Notes under the pieces: generated by a model
The model's database searches: none
Told to the model about the DNA's origin: nothing
What the model saw: only the letters and a program-made list of their open reading frames with translations
Assembly: GCA_013425455.1 (NCBI GenBank)
Contig: JACCLI010000011.1
Span: forward strand, 1-48,643
DNA: 48,643 nt
Direction of reading: 5' to 3'
From: Candidatus Micrarchaeota archaeon
GTDB taxonomy: Archaea; Micrarchaeota; Micrarchaeia; Anstonellales; Bilamarchaeaceae
Translations under genes and position numbers: made by a program
Shown here: piece after piece, positions 9,252 through 16,575 of the stretch
How positions within the stretch are numbered: position 1 is the first letter of the stretch
How the letters are laid out: every line of letters starts with the position of its first letter

Positions 9252-9581
9252 TCACTCTATTGCGTTCAGGAGGTCCTGGTTCTTGTAGAACATGTACAGG
9301 AACGGTATGCCAAGCAGGAGGAACGAGAGCACGTACATCACAGTCGCCCCAAACATGAAGCCTGCCTTTCCCTTCGCAATGGCCGCCTTCTCCACATCCG
9401 AGAACAGCTTCCACAGGAAGTATATGTTCGCGAACGGGACCAGCATGAGGACCAAGCGTATTATCGGGTCGTAGTCCGCCTTTGTCGCCGCCTTGAGCTC
9501 CACCCACCAATTGTAGAGCAGGTAGAGGTTCACGAACGGTATGCACGCCATTACCAACGCCATTAACGGGCTTCTTGCCAT
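9252..9581 (-). CDS. Small membrane protein (DUF4234-like, tentative)
   Basis: Three hydrophobic helices. The motif NLYLLYNWW / ANIYFLWKLF occurs twice. Confidence 0.55.
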   Translation of the reverse strand: MARSPLMALVMACIPFVNLYLLYNWWVELKAATKADYDPIIRLVLMLVPFANIYFLWKLFSDVEKAAIAKGKAGFMFGATVMYVLSFLLLGIPFLYMFYKNQDLLNAIE

Positions 9582-9668
9582 TTCAAATCACCTGCTAGTG
9601 CTTCTTTGGAAAGGGTATTAAAGGCGGCGGCGAAGCGGTTAAAAGCATAAACCCACATAAATGATTAC

Positions 9669-10181
9669 GTGCAGAGGATGGGTGGCGGAAGAAACACTTT
9701 GGCCGCGGCACGCGTAGCCTTTGCGCTTATGGCCCCGGCGGTTGCGGGCTGCGCACATTCGCCCCGTGCCCCGATTTCTGAAATTTGCATCCCTCCTTCC
9801 GCATCCCTTTGGGGAGCGCGGGAACGTGTGGAAACCGCCGTGGGGAGGATAAACGAGCTGCAGGGCATTCTCCTGGACCGGCTTAGGAAGGTGGAGGGGG
9901 AGGTACAGGAGCTCGGGCTCTCGCTCGCATACAGCCGGCAGCCCCTGCGCTACTGGCTGGACACCGGGATGCCCAATGCAGAGGGAATGCTGATGGGCTT
10001 CAAGGAGAGCCTGGATATGCTGCGCGAAGGCATTTTGGAGGCCGGGGAAGATGCAGGAAGGATGAGGGAGCTCGCGCAGAGGGCCTGCGCCTCCCGGGAA
10101 TTTGCAGAAATAAGCTTTGTGAGCGCCATGGACTTACTGGACATGGTTTCCGCGGAGATAAGGGCTGTTGAAAAGGAATAA
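9669..10181 (+). CDS. Putative secreted lipoprotein, helical
   Basis: Signal-like N-terminus with lipobox-like APAVAGC. The remainder is predicted helical or coiled (ELQGILLDRLRKVEGEVQELG). Confidence 0.5.
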   Translation: MQRMGGGRNTLAAARVAFALMAPAVAGCAHSPRAPISEICIPPSASLWGARERVETAVGRINELQGILLDRLRKVEGEVQELGLSLAYSRQPLRYWLDTGMPNAEGMLMGFKESLDMLREGILEAGEDAGRMRELAQRACASREFAEISFVSAMDLLDMVSAEIRAVEKE

Positions 10182-10228
10182 GCGGGATTTAAAAACCGTC
10201 TGTGGTATGTTATAATAAAGGTAATAAT

Positions 10229-10870
10229 ATGAATACTCGCGCCATACATGAGATTGGAAACGGGACCAACCCTACGCTGCTAAAGGCGAACGAGGCGCGC
10301 TCCCGCGTCTACGAGGTTGTGCACTCCGGAAGGTGCAGGGGCGGATGCCTCAGGTACGCCCTTCTTGAGGATATGGAGACCGCAAAATCCCTGAATCCCC
10401 GCGAGGCGATAGGGGTGCTGCTCAACGTGGCGAACAGCGCGGTTGGCCATGGGATGGCTGAGCTTGCGAAGGACTGCGCCCGCGTGATGGTCGCCGCCTC
10501 CAAGGCTTCCGGCTGCGTGGATTTCGTGTGCATGATTTCTATTGAGAAGTTCGGGCTGGAGAGGGAAGAGGCGCTTGAGATTCTCGATAAATCTCCTTCT
10601 GAATTCGGGGAGGGGAGGAGCGTCCACCCGTCCGATGCGCAGGGGCTTTTCCTTGCGGTCGCACAGCTGGCGAAGGATATGGGCTACAGCAAGGTGGCGA
10701 AAGCCGCGGCTGAACTCATGCTGGTTGCCTCCAAGAAGGAGGGAAGCGCCGTATTCGCGGAGAGGCAGGCCCTTGACTACGGGCTTTCGCCCGAGGAAAT
10801 CAAGGAAGTGATCTCCAGGGCCCCGGCAAAGCCGGCTGAAAAAACCGACCTGATGGCTGGTCAAAGATGA
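10229..10870 (+). CDS. Hypothetical helical-repeat protein with two [FY]GLxxEE modules
   Basis: Internal duplication: AELAKDCARVMVAASKASG..EKFGLEREEALEIL and AKAAAELMLVASKKEGS..LDYGLSPEEIKEVI. ATG 10229 is preferred over GTG 10202. Confidence 0.5.
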   Translation: MNTRAIHEIGNGTNPTLLKANEARSRVYEVVHSGRCRGGCLRYALLEDMETAKSLNPREAIGVLLNVANSAVGHGMAELAKDCARVMVAASKASGCVDFVCMISIEKFGLEREEALEILDKSPSEFGEGRSVHPSDAQGLFLAVAQLAKDMGYSKVAKAAAELMLVASKKEGSAVFAERQALDYGLSPEEIKEVISRAPAKPAEKTDLMAGQR

Positions 10871-11370
10871 ACGCCCAAAAGTTAGTCGGAAGGCGCGAAT
10901 TCGTTCTCGGCGCCTTTTCTTCCGCAGTGCTTGTCGCTCTCCCCTCCTGCGTGAGGGGGAACGGGGGCCCAACCATAATTTCCGCCAATAATGGGAAGGA
11001 GATTCCTTTGTTTTTGGGAAGCAATGCGCTTAGCCAGGATTCCCTCGTGAACATGCGCAATGATGTTGTAAATTTGCGCGGGCTTCTCGAAAAGCTGATG
11101 GACGCGGCGAGGAGGGTGTCCAGCTACAGGGAGTTTGATTTCTCCGGGTGCAGGGGCACTGCACGCGCCTCCCTTGAGCTTGCCACGGATTTCATGAGTG
11201 AGAGCGAAAACCCCTCTCCCGAGAGGATGGATTACCTGAACAGGCGCTGGGAGTTCGTGCACTCACAACTCGTGGATTCCATAAGGAGGTACAACGAGGG
11301 GCTTTCTGGGATGGGCGTCGGGACCAGGACTCTCGGGCAGGAGTTCGGCGTGGATTTGAACGATATCTGA
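10867..11370 (+). CDS. Putative secreted lipoprotein (Tat-like RREF motif plus lipobox-like ALPSC)
   Basis: N-terminus MNAQKLVGRREFVLGAFSSAVLVALPSC. ATGA overlap with the upstream stop suggests translational coupling. Confidence 0.5.
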   Translation: MNAQKLVGRREFVLGAFSSAVLVALPSCVRGNGGPTIISANNGKEIPLFLGSNALSQDSLVNMRNDVVNLRGLLEKLMDAARRVSSYREFDFSGCRGTARASLELATDFMSESENPSPERMDYLNRRWEFVHSQLVDSIRRYNEGLSGMGVGTRTLGQEFGVDLNDI

Positions 11371-11433
11371 TTTTTTCCGGCACAAATTGCTGATAATTGC
11401 ACCCTGCTGCTCAGGCGTATTATGTTATTGCGA

Positions 11434-11489
11434 AGCATACCATTAAATATAACCAGCATACCTAACATAATAAGCATAAGGTGCATACA
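11434..11489 (+). promoter_or_regulatory. Phased AGCATA(C/A) direct repeats around a TATA-like box, upstream of the AbrB-like gene
   Basis: AGCATACC at 11434 and 11455, AGCATAAG at 11473, GCATACA at 11483. Spacing is 21 and 18 nt. They bracket CATTAAATATAACC (11441-11454). Confidence 0.35.
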
Positions 11490-11711
11490 ATGAAAGACGA
11501 TGAAACGACCAAAAAGCCGGAAAAGTATTCGAAAATGGTCCTTGTGAAGGGCTACCTGAGGCCTGACGGGACCTCCTATTATGTTTCGATACCCCGGGAG
11601 ATAAGGGATTCCCTCAACCTCAAAGGCGGCGAGTATTTCGTCATGAGGGCGAAGAAGGAGAAAAAGAGGATCATGATGAGGATCGTGGAGCTTGCCGCGG
11701 ACGAGGAATGA
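11481..11711 (+). CDS. AbrB/SpoVT-type DNA-binding protein
   Basis: YYVSIPREIRDSLNLKGGEYFVMRA matches the swapped-hairpin AbrB/SpoVT signature (IPxxIRxxLxLxxGD). Start is GTG 11481 or ATG 11490. Confidence 0.6.
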   Translation: MHTMKDDETTKKPEKYSKMVLVKGYLRPDGTSYYVSIPREIRDSLNLKGGEYFVMRAKKEKKRIMMRIVELAADEE

Positions 11712-11718
11712 AGCGGCA

Positions 11719-11740
11719 TTTTTTCTTTTATCTTATTCTT
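11719..11740 (+). terminator. Oligo-T tract (archaeal-type terminator candidate)
   Basis: TTTTTTCTTTTATCTTATTCTT lies directly after the stop of the AbrB-like gene. Confidence 0.35.
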
Positions 11741-11742
11741 AT

Positions 11743-11802
11743 ACGTTGTATAAGCGCTAATAATCTGATTTATTAGACTTTCTGCACAAATGAGAGCGGG
11801 GA
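11743..11802 (+). repeat. Conserved upstream element, copy 1 (core ATAATCTGATT..GCACAAA..CGGGG)
   Basis: Core 11760-11801 aligns with 12233-12276 at roughly three-quarters identity by eye with one 1-nt indel. Weaker similarity (TTGT..AAGCG) extends about 17 nt further upstream. Confidence 0.6.
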
Positions 11803-12179
11803 TGAACATGAATGAGGCAAGAACATTAATGCTGAAGGAAAAGGGCTTAAAAAAGCCTGCCGAGGTAAGGGCAATAAAGGACCCGGTTGCCAGGGCGTTC
11901 CAGGCTGCATTCATGGATACCGGGAAGGGGCTCAATGTGCTCGCCGGCAGGGCATGCCTGCGCAGGGCTGCCGAACTTGCCTTGCTGGAAGGCGACACCG
12001 AAACCGCACGTACGGTATTGGGAAGGGACATGAGAAGGGACGGGGAGGACATGATGAGGCCTTATGCCCGGGCAATAAAGCAGCTTGCGAAAACCGGGGA
12101 TACCGAAAACCTGGTGAACGTCCTGGATGCAATGCCGAGAGACGTTATTTCGCTGTGCAACTTCGCCATGTCAGCTTGA
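11790..12179 (+). CDS. Hypothetical helical protein A
   Basis: ORF follows upstream-element copy 1. ATGs at 11790, 11802 and 11808. The 11808 start gives MNEARTL, which parallels MTEARTL of the ORF at 13750. Confidence 0.5.
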   Translation: MRAGMNMNEARTLMLKEKGLKKPAEVRAIKDPVARAFQAAFMDTGKGLNVLAGRACLRRAAELALLEGDTETARTVLGRDMRRDGEDMMRPYARAIKQLAKTGDTENLVNVLDAMPRDVISLCNFAMSA

Positions 12180-12201
12180 TGGGAATGCCTCTCTCCCTGA
12201 A

Positions 12202-12212
12202 TTTTTTCTTTT
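12202..12212 (+). terminator. Oligo-T tract
   Basis: TTTTTTCTTTT lies about 20 nt after the stop at 12179. Confidence 0.3.
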
Positions 12213-12213
12213 A

Positions 12214-12277
12214 ACTTGTTGCAGAAGCGGAGATAATCTGATTAATAAGGATTTTGGCACAAAATAGGAACGGGGGT
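12214..12277 (+). repeat. Conserved upstream element, copy 2
   Basis: See copy 1. ATAATCTGATT at 12233-12243, GGCACAAA at 12257-12264, CGGGGG at 12271-12276, followed by ATG 12284. Confidence 0.6.
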
Positions 12278-12283
12278 ATTTCT

Positions 12284-12628
12284 ATGGCGAGTGTGACTAA
12301 ACCTGCTGAAACACCTGTGGGGAAGGCTTCTGGTGCGGAGGTTATCCGCCCGTCCGGTGAGCTCTGCCTGCGAAGAATCAGCGGAGGGGGAAGCAGCATG
12401 AAGGTTGTCCTAGAGGCCGCGATAATGCGCTACGGGCCAAACAGGAGGATAGAAAACACATTCGGATGCGAGGAGGATGAGATCAGGGATGCCGCCCGTA
12501 GCGTCGCAAAATGCTGGATTGCAAACGGGCTGAAGGAGAAGGCTCTGGCACTCATCAAGACTTATGGGCTGGATGCCGAAGAGGTGGCTCGTTCTTCTTC
12601 ACTGCCCCCTCAGCCGAAGAAGGGATAG
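12284..12628 (+). CDS. Hypothetical protein B with one YGLxxEE module
   Basis: ATG 12284 follows element copy 2 (ORF track TTG 12254). The C-terminal AKCWIANGLKEKALALIKTYGLDAEEVARS resembles the modules in the 10229..10870 protein. Confidence 0.45.
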   Translation: MASVTKPAETPVGKASGAEVIRPSGELCLRRISGGGSSMKVVLEAAIMRYGPNRRIENTFGCEEDEIRDAARSVAKCWIANGLKEKALALIKTYGLDAEEVARSSSLPPQPKKG

Positions 12629-12639
12629 GGGGATTTGAA

Positions 12640-13152
12640 ATGACACACAAGCAAGAACCGGATGGAAAGGGAGCGGGGAAGCCTGAGTTGCTGAGGCAAG
12701 CAGGCGCGGGGTTTGCGCCAAGGCCACCCTTCGGCGGAAGGGGGCGGCAGCCTGCAGGGGAGGACCGTGTTTCCCCCTACAGCGAGGAGAACGCCCTTCG
12801 CCTTGAGAAGGAGGGTAAATTTGCCGAGGCCGCGCATGAGTTCTGGGGCTCGGCGAGCGCGGAGCTTGGAAGAACCGTTCCGCCGAAAGAAAAGAATCTG
12901 CCCAAGGCGATTGGGCTGTTTGAGAAGGCCGCCTTCAACCATCTGCGCGCCAGGGATGGCAGGGCAGTGATGGCATTCATGGAAATAATGAGAATTGACA
13001 GGGGAATGGCGAGAGAGGCTGTCGGAAGGCTTACCAAATTCTGCGGCGAGGAGGCGGAGAGGGTAAAGGGTGAGAACCCTGGCGATGCCGCATACCTGCA
13101 AAGGGTTTCGGAGCATATAACCGGGCTAGCCGAGGGGAAAGCCGATAGATGA
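12640..13152 (+). CDS. Hypothetical helical (TPR/SNAP-like) protein C, paralog of D
   Basis: ATG 12640 lies 12 nt after the stop of B. Shares VSP..E[KE][ED]G[KR]xxEAxH[EK]F and RLxxFCxxEAxxxK blocks with the next ORF. Confidence 0.55.
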   Translation: MTHKQEPDGKGAGKPELLRQAGAGFAPRPPFGGRGRQPAGEDRVSPYSEENALRLEKEGKFAEAAHEFWGSASAELGRTVPPKEKNLPKAIGLFEKAAFNHLRARDGRAVMAFMEIMRIDRGMAREAVGRLTKFCGEEAERVKGENPGDAAYLQRVSEHITGLAEGKADR

Positions 13153-13739
13153 TGAAGGGGATTTGCATGGCTAACAACGAAATGATGAGGAGGATGGCCG
13201 CACAGGCGCGCAGGGTGGGCGCGGTTCCGCAGAGGCGAGGGGACATAATAGACTGCATAAGCCCGCAGGAGAGGGCAGAGATACGAAGGGTGCTTGCGGA
13301 AGGCGAGAACGTCCCGGTCTCCCCAGAAAGGGTTGGCGTGTGCCATGAGGAGGACGGCAGGCACGATGAAGCCGGGCATAAGTTCAGGCTGGCCGCAATA
13401 GCAGCAAAGAGAAAGGACTTCCAGAGGGGCTTAGCGCTCATTGAGCGTGCGGTGAGGAATTTCGCATTGGCTGGGAATGAATATAGTGCAACCTCGACAC
13501 TGCGCATCGCGTTTTGCTCGCTCCAGCCGGAGGAATCGGAAAGGATGGCGAGGAGGCTCGCCGAATTCTGCGAGATCGAAGCCGGGAAGGCGAAGAAAAC
13601 TCTCCCGCACCGCGCCGGCGGGCTGCTGAAGGTCGCCTCCTGCCTGCTGGACCCGTTCGATTACGCGATGGCGACTATGCTCAAGGCAAAGGGGGAGATA
13701 TTGATAGAGAACGCAAAAAGGACGGCGCAGAGCGGATAG
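13149..13739 (+). CDS. Hypothetical helical protein D, paralog of C
   Basis: ATGA overlap with the stop of C. VSPERVGVCHEEDGRHDEAGHKF and ARRLAEFCEIEAGKAK align with VSPYSEENALRLEKEGKFAEAAHEF and VGRLTKFCGEEAERVK of C. Confidence 0.55.
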   Translation: MMKGICMANNEMMRRMAAQARRVGAVPQRRGDIIDCISPQERAEIRRVLAEGENVPVSPERVGVCHEEDGRHDEAGHKFRLAAIAAKRKDFQRGLALIERAVRNFALAGNEYSATSTLRIAFCSLQPEESERMARRLAEFCEIEAGKAKKTLPHRAGGLLKVASCLLDPFDYAMATMLKAKGEILIENAKRTAQSG

Positions 13740-13749
13740 GTGTTCTGAG

Positions 13750-14247
13750 ATGACGGAAGCCAGAACTTTGGAAGCCGGAAAGGAAAGGCATTCCAGAGCT
13801 GCGGCTCCGCACAGAAGGGCGCCGCTTGAGAAGGCGCCCGGGAAAAATCTGCTTAAGGATGCGAAACGCTGGATGGATGATGCGCTCAGGCTGAGGCATA
13901 GGGATCCGTTGAGGGCAGCACGTGCCGCGGAGAGGGCGTTCGGGTTTTATTTCGCGGCCACGTGCACTGCCTTTTCAGAGAGGACAAAGGCGGACTGCCT
14001 GGTGGGCGCGGGAACCGCGCTTTCACTTGCCGCTGCGCTTTGCGAAGGAAGGGATCCGCGTAGGGCGGGGAGGCTGCATGAGGAGGCTGGGGACCATCTT
14101 TACAGGGGGGCGAGGCACGGGACGAAGCCCGAGGAGGAAGTGAGGAAGATGGCGCGGGAGCAGTTTGCGCGGGCTCTGGAACTGGGCGGGACTGTGCGCG
14201 TGCTGGAAAGGAAGGTTGCGATGTGCGACAGGGCGATTGGGGAGTGA
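13750..14247 (+). CDS. Hypothetical helical protein E (Ala/Arg-rich)
   Basis: Starts 11 nt after D. The N-terminus MTEARTL resembles protein A. RAGRLHEEAGDHLYRGA loosely resembles the C/D motif. Confidence 0.5.
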   Translation: MTEARTLEAGKERHSRAAAPHRRAPLEKAPGKNLLKDAKRWMDDALRLRHRDPLRAARAAERAFGFYFAATCTAFSERTKADCLVGAGTALSLAAALCEGRDPRRAGRLHEEAGDHLYRGARHGTKPEEEVRKMAREQFARALELGGTVRVLERKVAMCDRAIGE

Positions 14248-14258
14248 TTCTGTTTTTA
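14248..14258 (+). terminator. Oligo-T tract
   Basis: TTCTGTTTTTA lies immediately after the stop at 14247. Confidence 0.3.
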
Positions 14259-14322
14259 ACGCATAAATGTTATAAAAAGAGTAAAATAAAGGTTTTTAAA
14301 GCCCTCTAGGCATAATATTAAT

Positions 14323-15651
14323 GTGGACAAAGCCAGCGGATGCCCTAAAGAAATTGCACATTCTCCTAGCGCGAAGCATGCGGCAAAACCAGTGCGGGAT
14401 GGGTTCGAAAAGGAGGGTCCGCTTGTGGAATTGGGGAGTGGCAGGAAGAGGGAGATGCCGAAGTTGGTGAGGATGGATAGGGAAGGCTGCCTGGGGCAGG
14501 CACTCGTAATATGCACATCCAAGGGATTTGGGAAATTATGCGGAAGGGAACTGATGGCAGCCGGGATGGTGGAAACCATAGAATGCGTGCTCCATGATTC
14601 TCAGGACATTGACGTGTTCCATGTCCTTGAGCTGACAGAGTTTGCCAGAGAAACAGATGACGAAACGCTCGGCAGATTGCTCGAATTCGAAGGTTATGAA
14701 GGAAGGGCCAGGGATGCCATTTTTGACGTGTTGCTTGCACTTGCATGCCACCCGAATCCAGATACGCGGGAAGGGGCCTATGACGTGCTGGGTGCGTCCG
14801 GAAAGCCAGAAGCGCTTGAATTTCTGCTTGAACGCGCAAAGGAGGAGAGGGGGCCGCTGGTCAAGGTGCTTACGGCAATCGCGAACATAGCGAAAAAAAT
14901 GCCGCAGGAAAAAGAAAAGATTGTTGAGAGGCTGGAGCCCCTCCTTTCCGATGCTGGCAGTTCGGTGAGGAAGGAAACGGCGCTGATGTTCGTTGATTTT
15001 ACAGACAGATCCAAAATACTTGTGCTGAAAATGCTCGCCGGGGAACAGGATGGGGACGTGGCCATGGTCCTGTTTGAACACATCCCCATCGCAGGGTCGC
15101 ATGACCACAGCAGATACGCTGGATGCATTGCAATGGCGATAAACCGCCATATAAGTAAAAATCCGGAAATTGCATCGGCGTTCTTCAACCGGGTTGCGCC
15201 AAAAACCGACATGGAAAAGCTGGTGGGGAAGCTTACGCTGGAGTCGCGGAGGCTGCTGGCCGAACTTGGAAGACCCGATGGCAGGTTTGCATTCGGCTAC
15301 ATTGTGGCTTATGAACATTTCATGGCTGCTTGCGAAGGGCGCCTGATTGGGGCGGAAGTGATGGGAAACCGGTTCAAATACTTCCTGCTTCCCTCAGAGA
15401 GAATGGGCGATACGCCCGGGAGGGTGAATGAACGCGCAATCGCGGTTTCTGAAGATGTTCCTGAGAGGCTCCGCCCGATAGTGGCCTACCATGAATATGT
15501 TGAAGGGCAGACCGGCTCCCACAAGAAAGCAAAAAGGGCGGAAATCAAAGCCGTGCGCTCGCTCGGGCTGGAGCAGGAGTATGTGGAATGGCTAAGGGAA
15601 ATGGGGCCAAAAGTAAGGAAACCCGAGGAGTTCGAGGGAGCATTCCGGTAA
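14323..15651 (+). CDS. HEAT-repeat (PBS-lyase-type) protein with unassigned C-terminal domain
   Basis: HEAT-like repeats: NPDTREGAYDVLGASGKPEALEFLLERAK, LEPLLSDAGSSVRKETALMFVDF. The C-terminal roughly 150 aa (..IVAYHEYVEGQTGSHKKAKRAE..) are unassigned. GTG start. TATA-like GGTTTTTAAAG lies about 25 nt upstream. Confidence 0.6.
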   Translation: MDKASGCPKEIAHSPSAKHAAKPVRDGFEKEGPLVELGSGRKREMPKLVRMDREGCLGQALVICTSKGFGKLCGRELMAAGMVETIECVLHDSQDIDVFHVLELTEFARETDDETLGRLLEFEGYEGRARDAIFDVLLALACHPNPDTREGAYDVLGASGKPEALEFLLERAKEERGPLVKVLTAIANIAKKMPQEKEKIVERLEPLLSDAGSSVRKETALMFVDFTDRSKILVLKMLAGEQDGDVAMVLFEHIPIAGSHDHSRYAGCIAMAINRHISKNPEIASAFFNRVAPKTDMEKLVGKLTLESRRLLAELGRPDGRFAFGYIVAYEHFMAACEGRLIGAEVMGNRFKYFLLPSERMGDTPGRVNERAIAVSEDVPERLRPIVAYHEYVEGQTGSHKKAKRAEIKAVRSLGLEQEYVEWLREMGPKVRKPEEFEGAFR

Positions 15652-15691
15652 TTTTCGTCTTTTAACGTATATCTATATGGCTAAAAGGAAG

Positions 15692-15700
15692 CTTTATATA
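15692..15700 (+). promoter_or_regulatory. TATA-like box CTTTATATA
   Basis: Lies 21-30 nt upstream of GTG 15721 / ATG 15730. Confidence 0.4.
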
Positions 15701-15720
15701 GCGTTCCGGACGAATTAACT

Positions 15721-16419
15721 GTGGATTCTATGGATAAATTAAAGCTAAAGATAGCCGGGGAAATAAGCCTTTCCGAGGACCCGGGCTCCACCATGAAGAA
15801 GTGGAGGGAGATATTCGGAATTACGCAGGCAGAGCTCTCCAGGCACCTGAAGATTAGCGTTTCTACCATTAGTGATTACGAAAGCAACCGGAGGAAATCC
15901 CCGGGCGCAGGCATCATAAAGAGGTTCGTGAACGCGCTCCTTGATCTGGATGCGACAAAGGGAGGGGGGATAGCCCAGAAGCTCACCGAGGGCAAGAGCA
16001 CCACGGAAGAATACTTTGAGGTGCACGAGTTCGCCCGGAGCGTGGATTTGGCGGACTTCATCAAACTGATTGAGGGAGAGATAATACTCGGGGAAGGGAT
16101 GATCGAGGGGAAGAAGCTCTACGGCTATACCCTGATTGATTCTATTAAGGTAATTTTGGAGATGCCCTCCAATTTTTTTACGGGCATTTATGGGAATATG
16201 AACGAGCGCGCGATGATATTCACCGGCGTTTCCACTGGAAGAAGCCCGATGGTCGTTATTCGGCTCAGCCCGTCCAAGCCCTCCGCGGTAATCCTGCACG
16301 GCCTGGACAGGAAGAAGGTGGATAAGCTGGCGGTGAAGATTGCGGAGAAGGAGCAGATTCCTTTGATTGCCACTAATTTGGAAGTGAGCCAAATAAAAGA
16401 GCGACTGAACAAGATATAA
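15721..16419 (+). CDS. XRE-family HTH transcriptional regulator (archaeal COG1395-like)
   Basis: HTH_3 signature WREIFGITQAELSRHLKISVSTISDYESNRRKSP plus a roughly 150-aa C-terminal domain. ATG 15730 is an alternative start. Confidence 0.7.
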   Translation: MDSMDKLKLKIAGEISLSEDPGSTMKKWREIFGITQAELSRHLKISVSTISDYESNRRKSPGAGIIKRFVNALLDLDATKGGGIAQKLTEGKSTTEEYFEVHEFARSVDLADFIKLIEGEIILGEGMIEGKKLYGYTLIDSIKVILEMPSNFFTGIYGNMNERAMIFTGVSTGRSPMVVIRLSPSKPSAVILHGLDRKKVDKLAVKIAEKEQIPLIATNLEVSQIKERLNKI

Positions 16420-16575
16420 CGGGTATTCACATGGCAGGACCTTACGGAAAGCCGCTGTTTTTCTCGAAGCTCCAGATGATACCGGTAAAAGAAGAGCCGG
16501 TTGCGGAGCAGAAGCCAGAAACCGGAGGCAGGGAGCCGGAAGCTGGAAGCCGCAAACGGAAAACAAAGTGATTCT

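Noticed and set aside
12511-12639. N-terminal extension of ORF C (track start 12511) overlapping ORF B by about 118 nt.
   Set aside because: - The extension is out of frame with B and Gly/Arg-rich.
- ATG 12640 lies 12 nt after B's stop.
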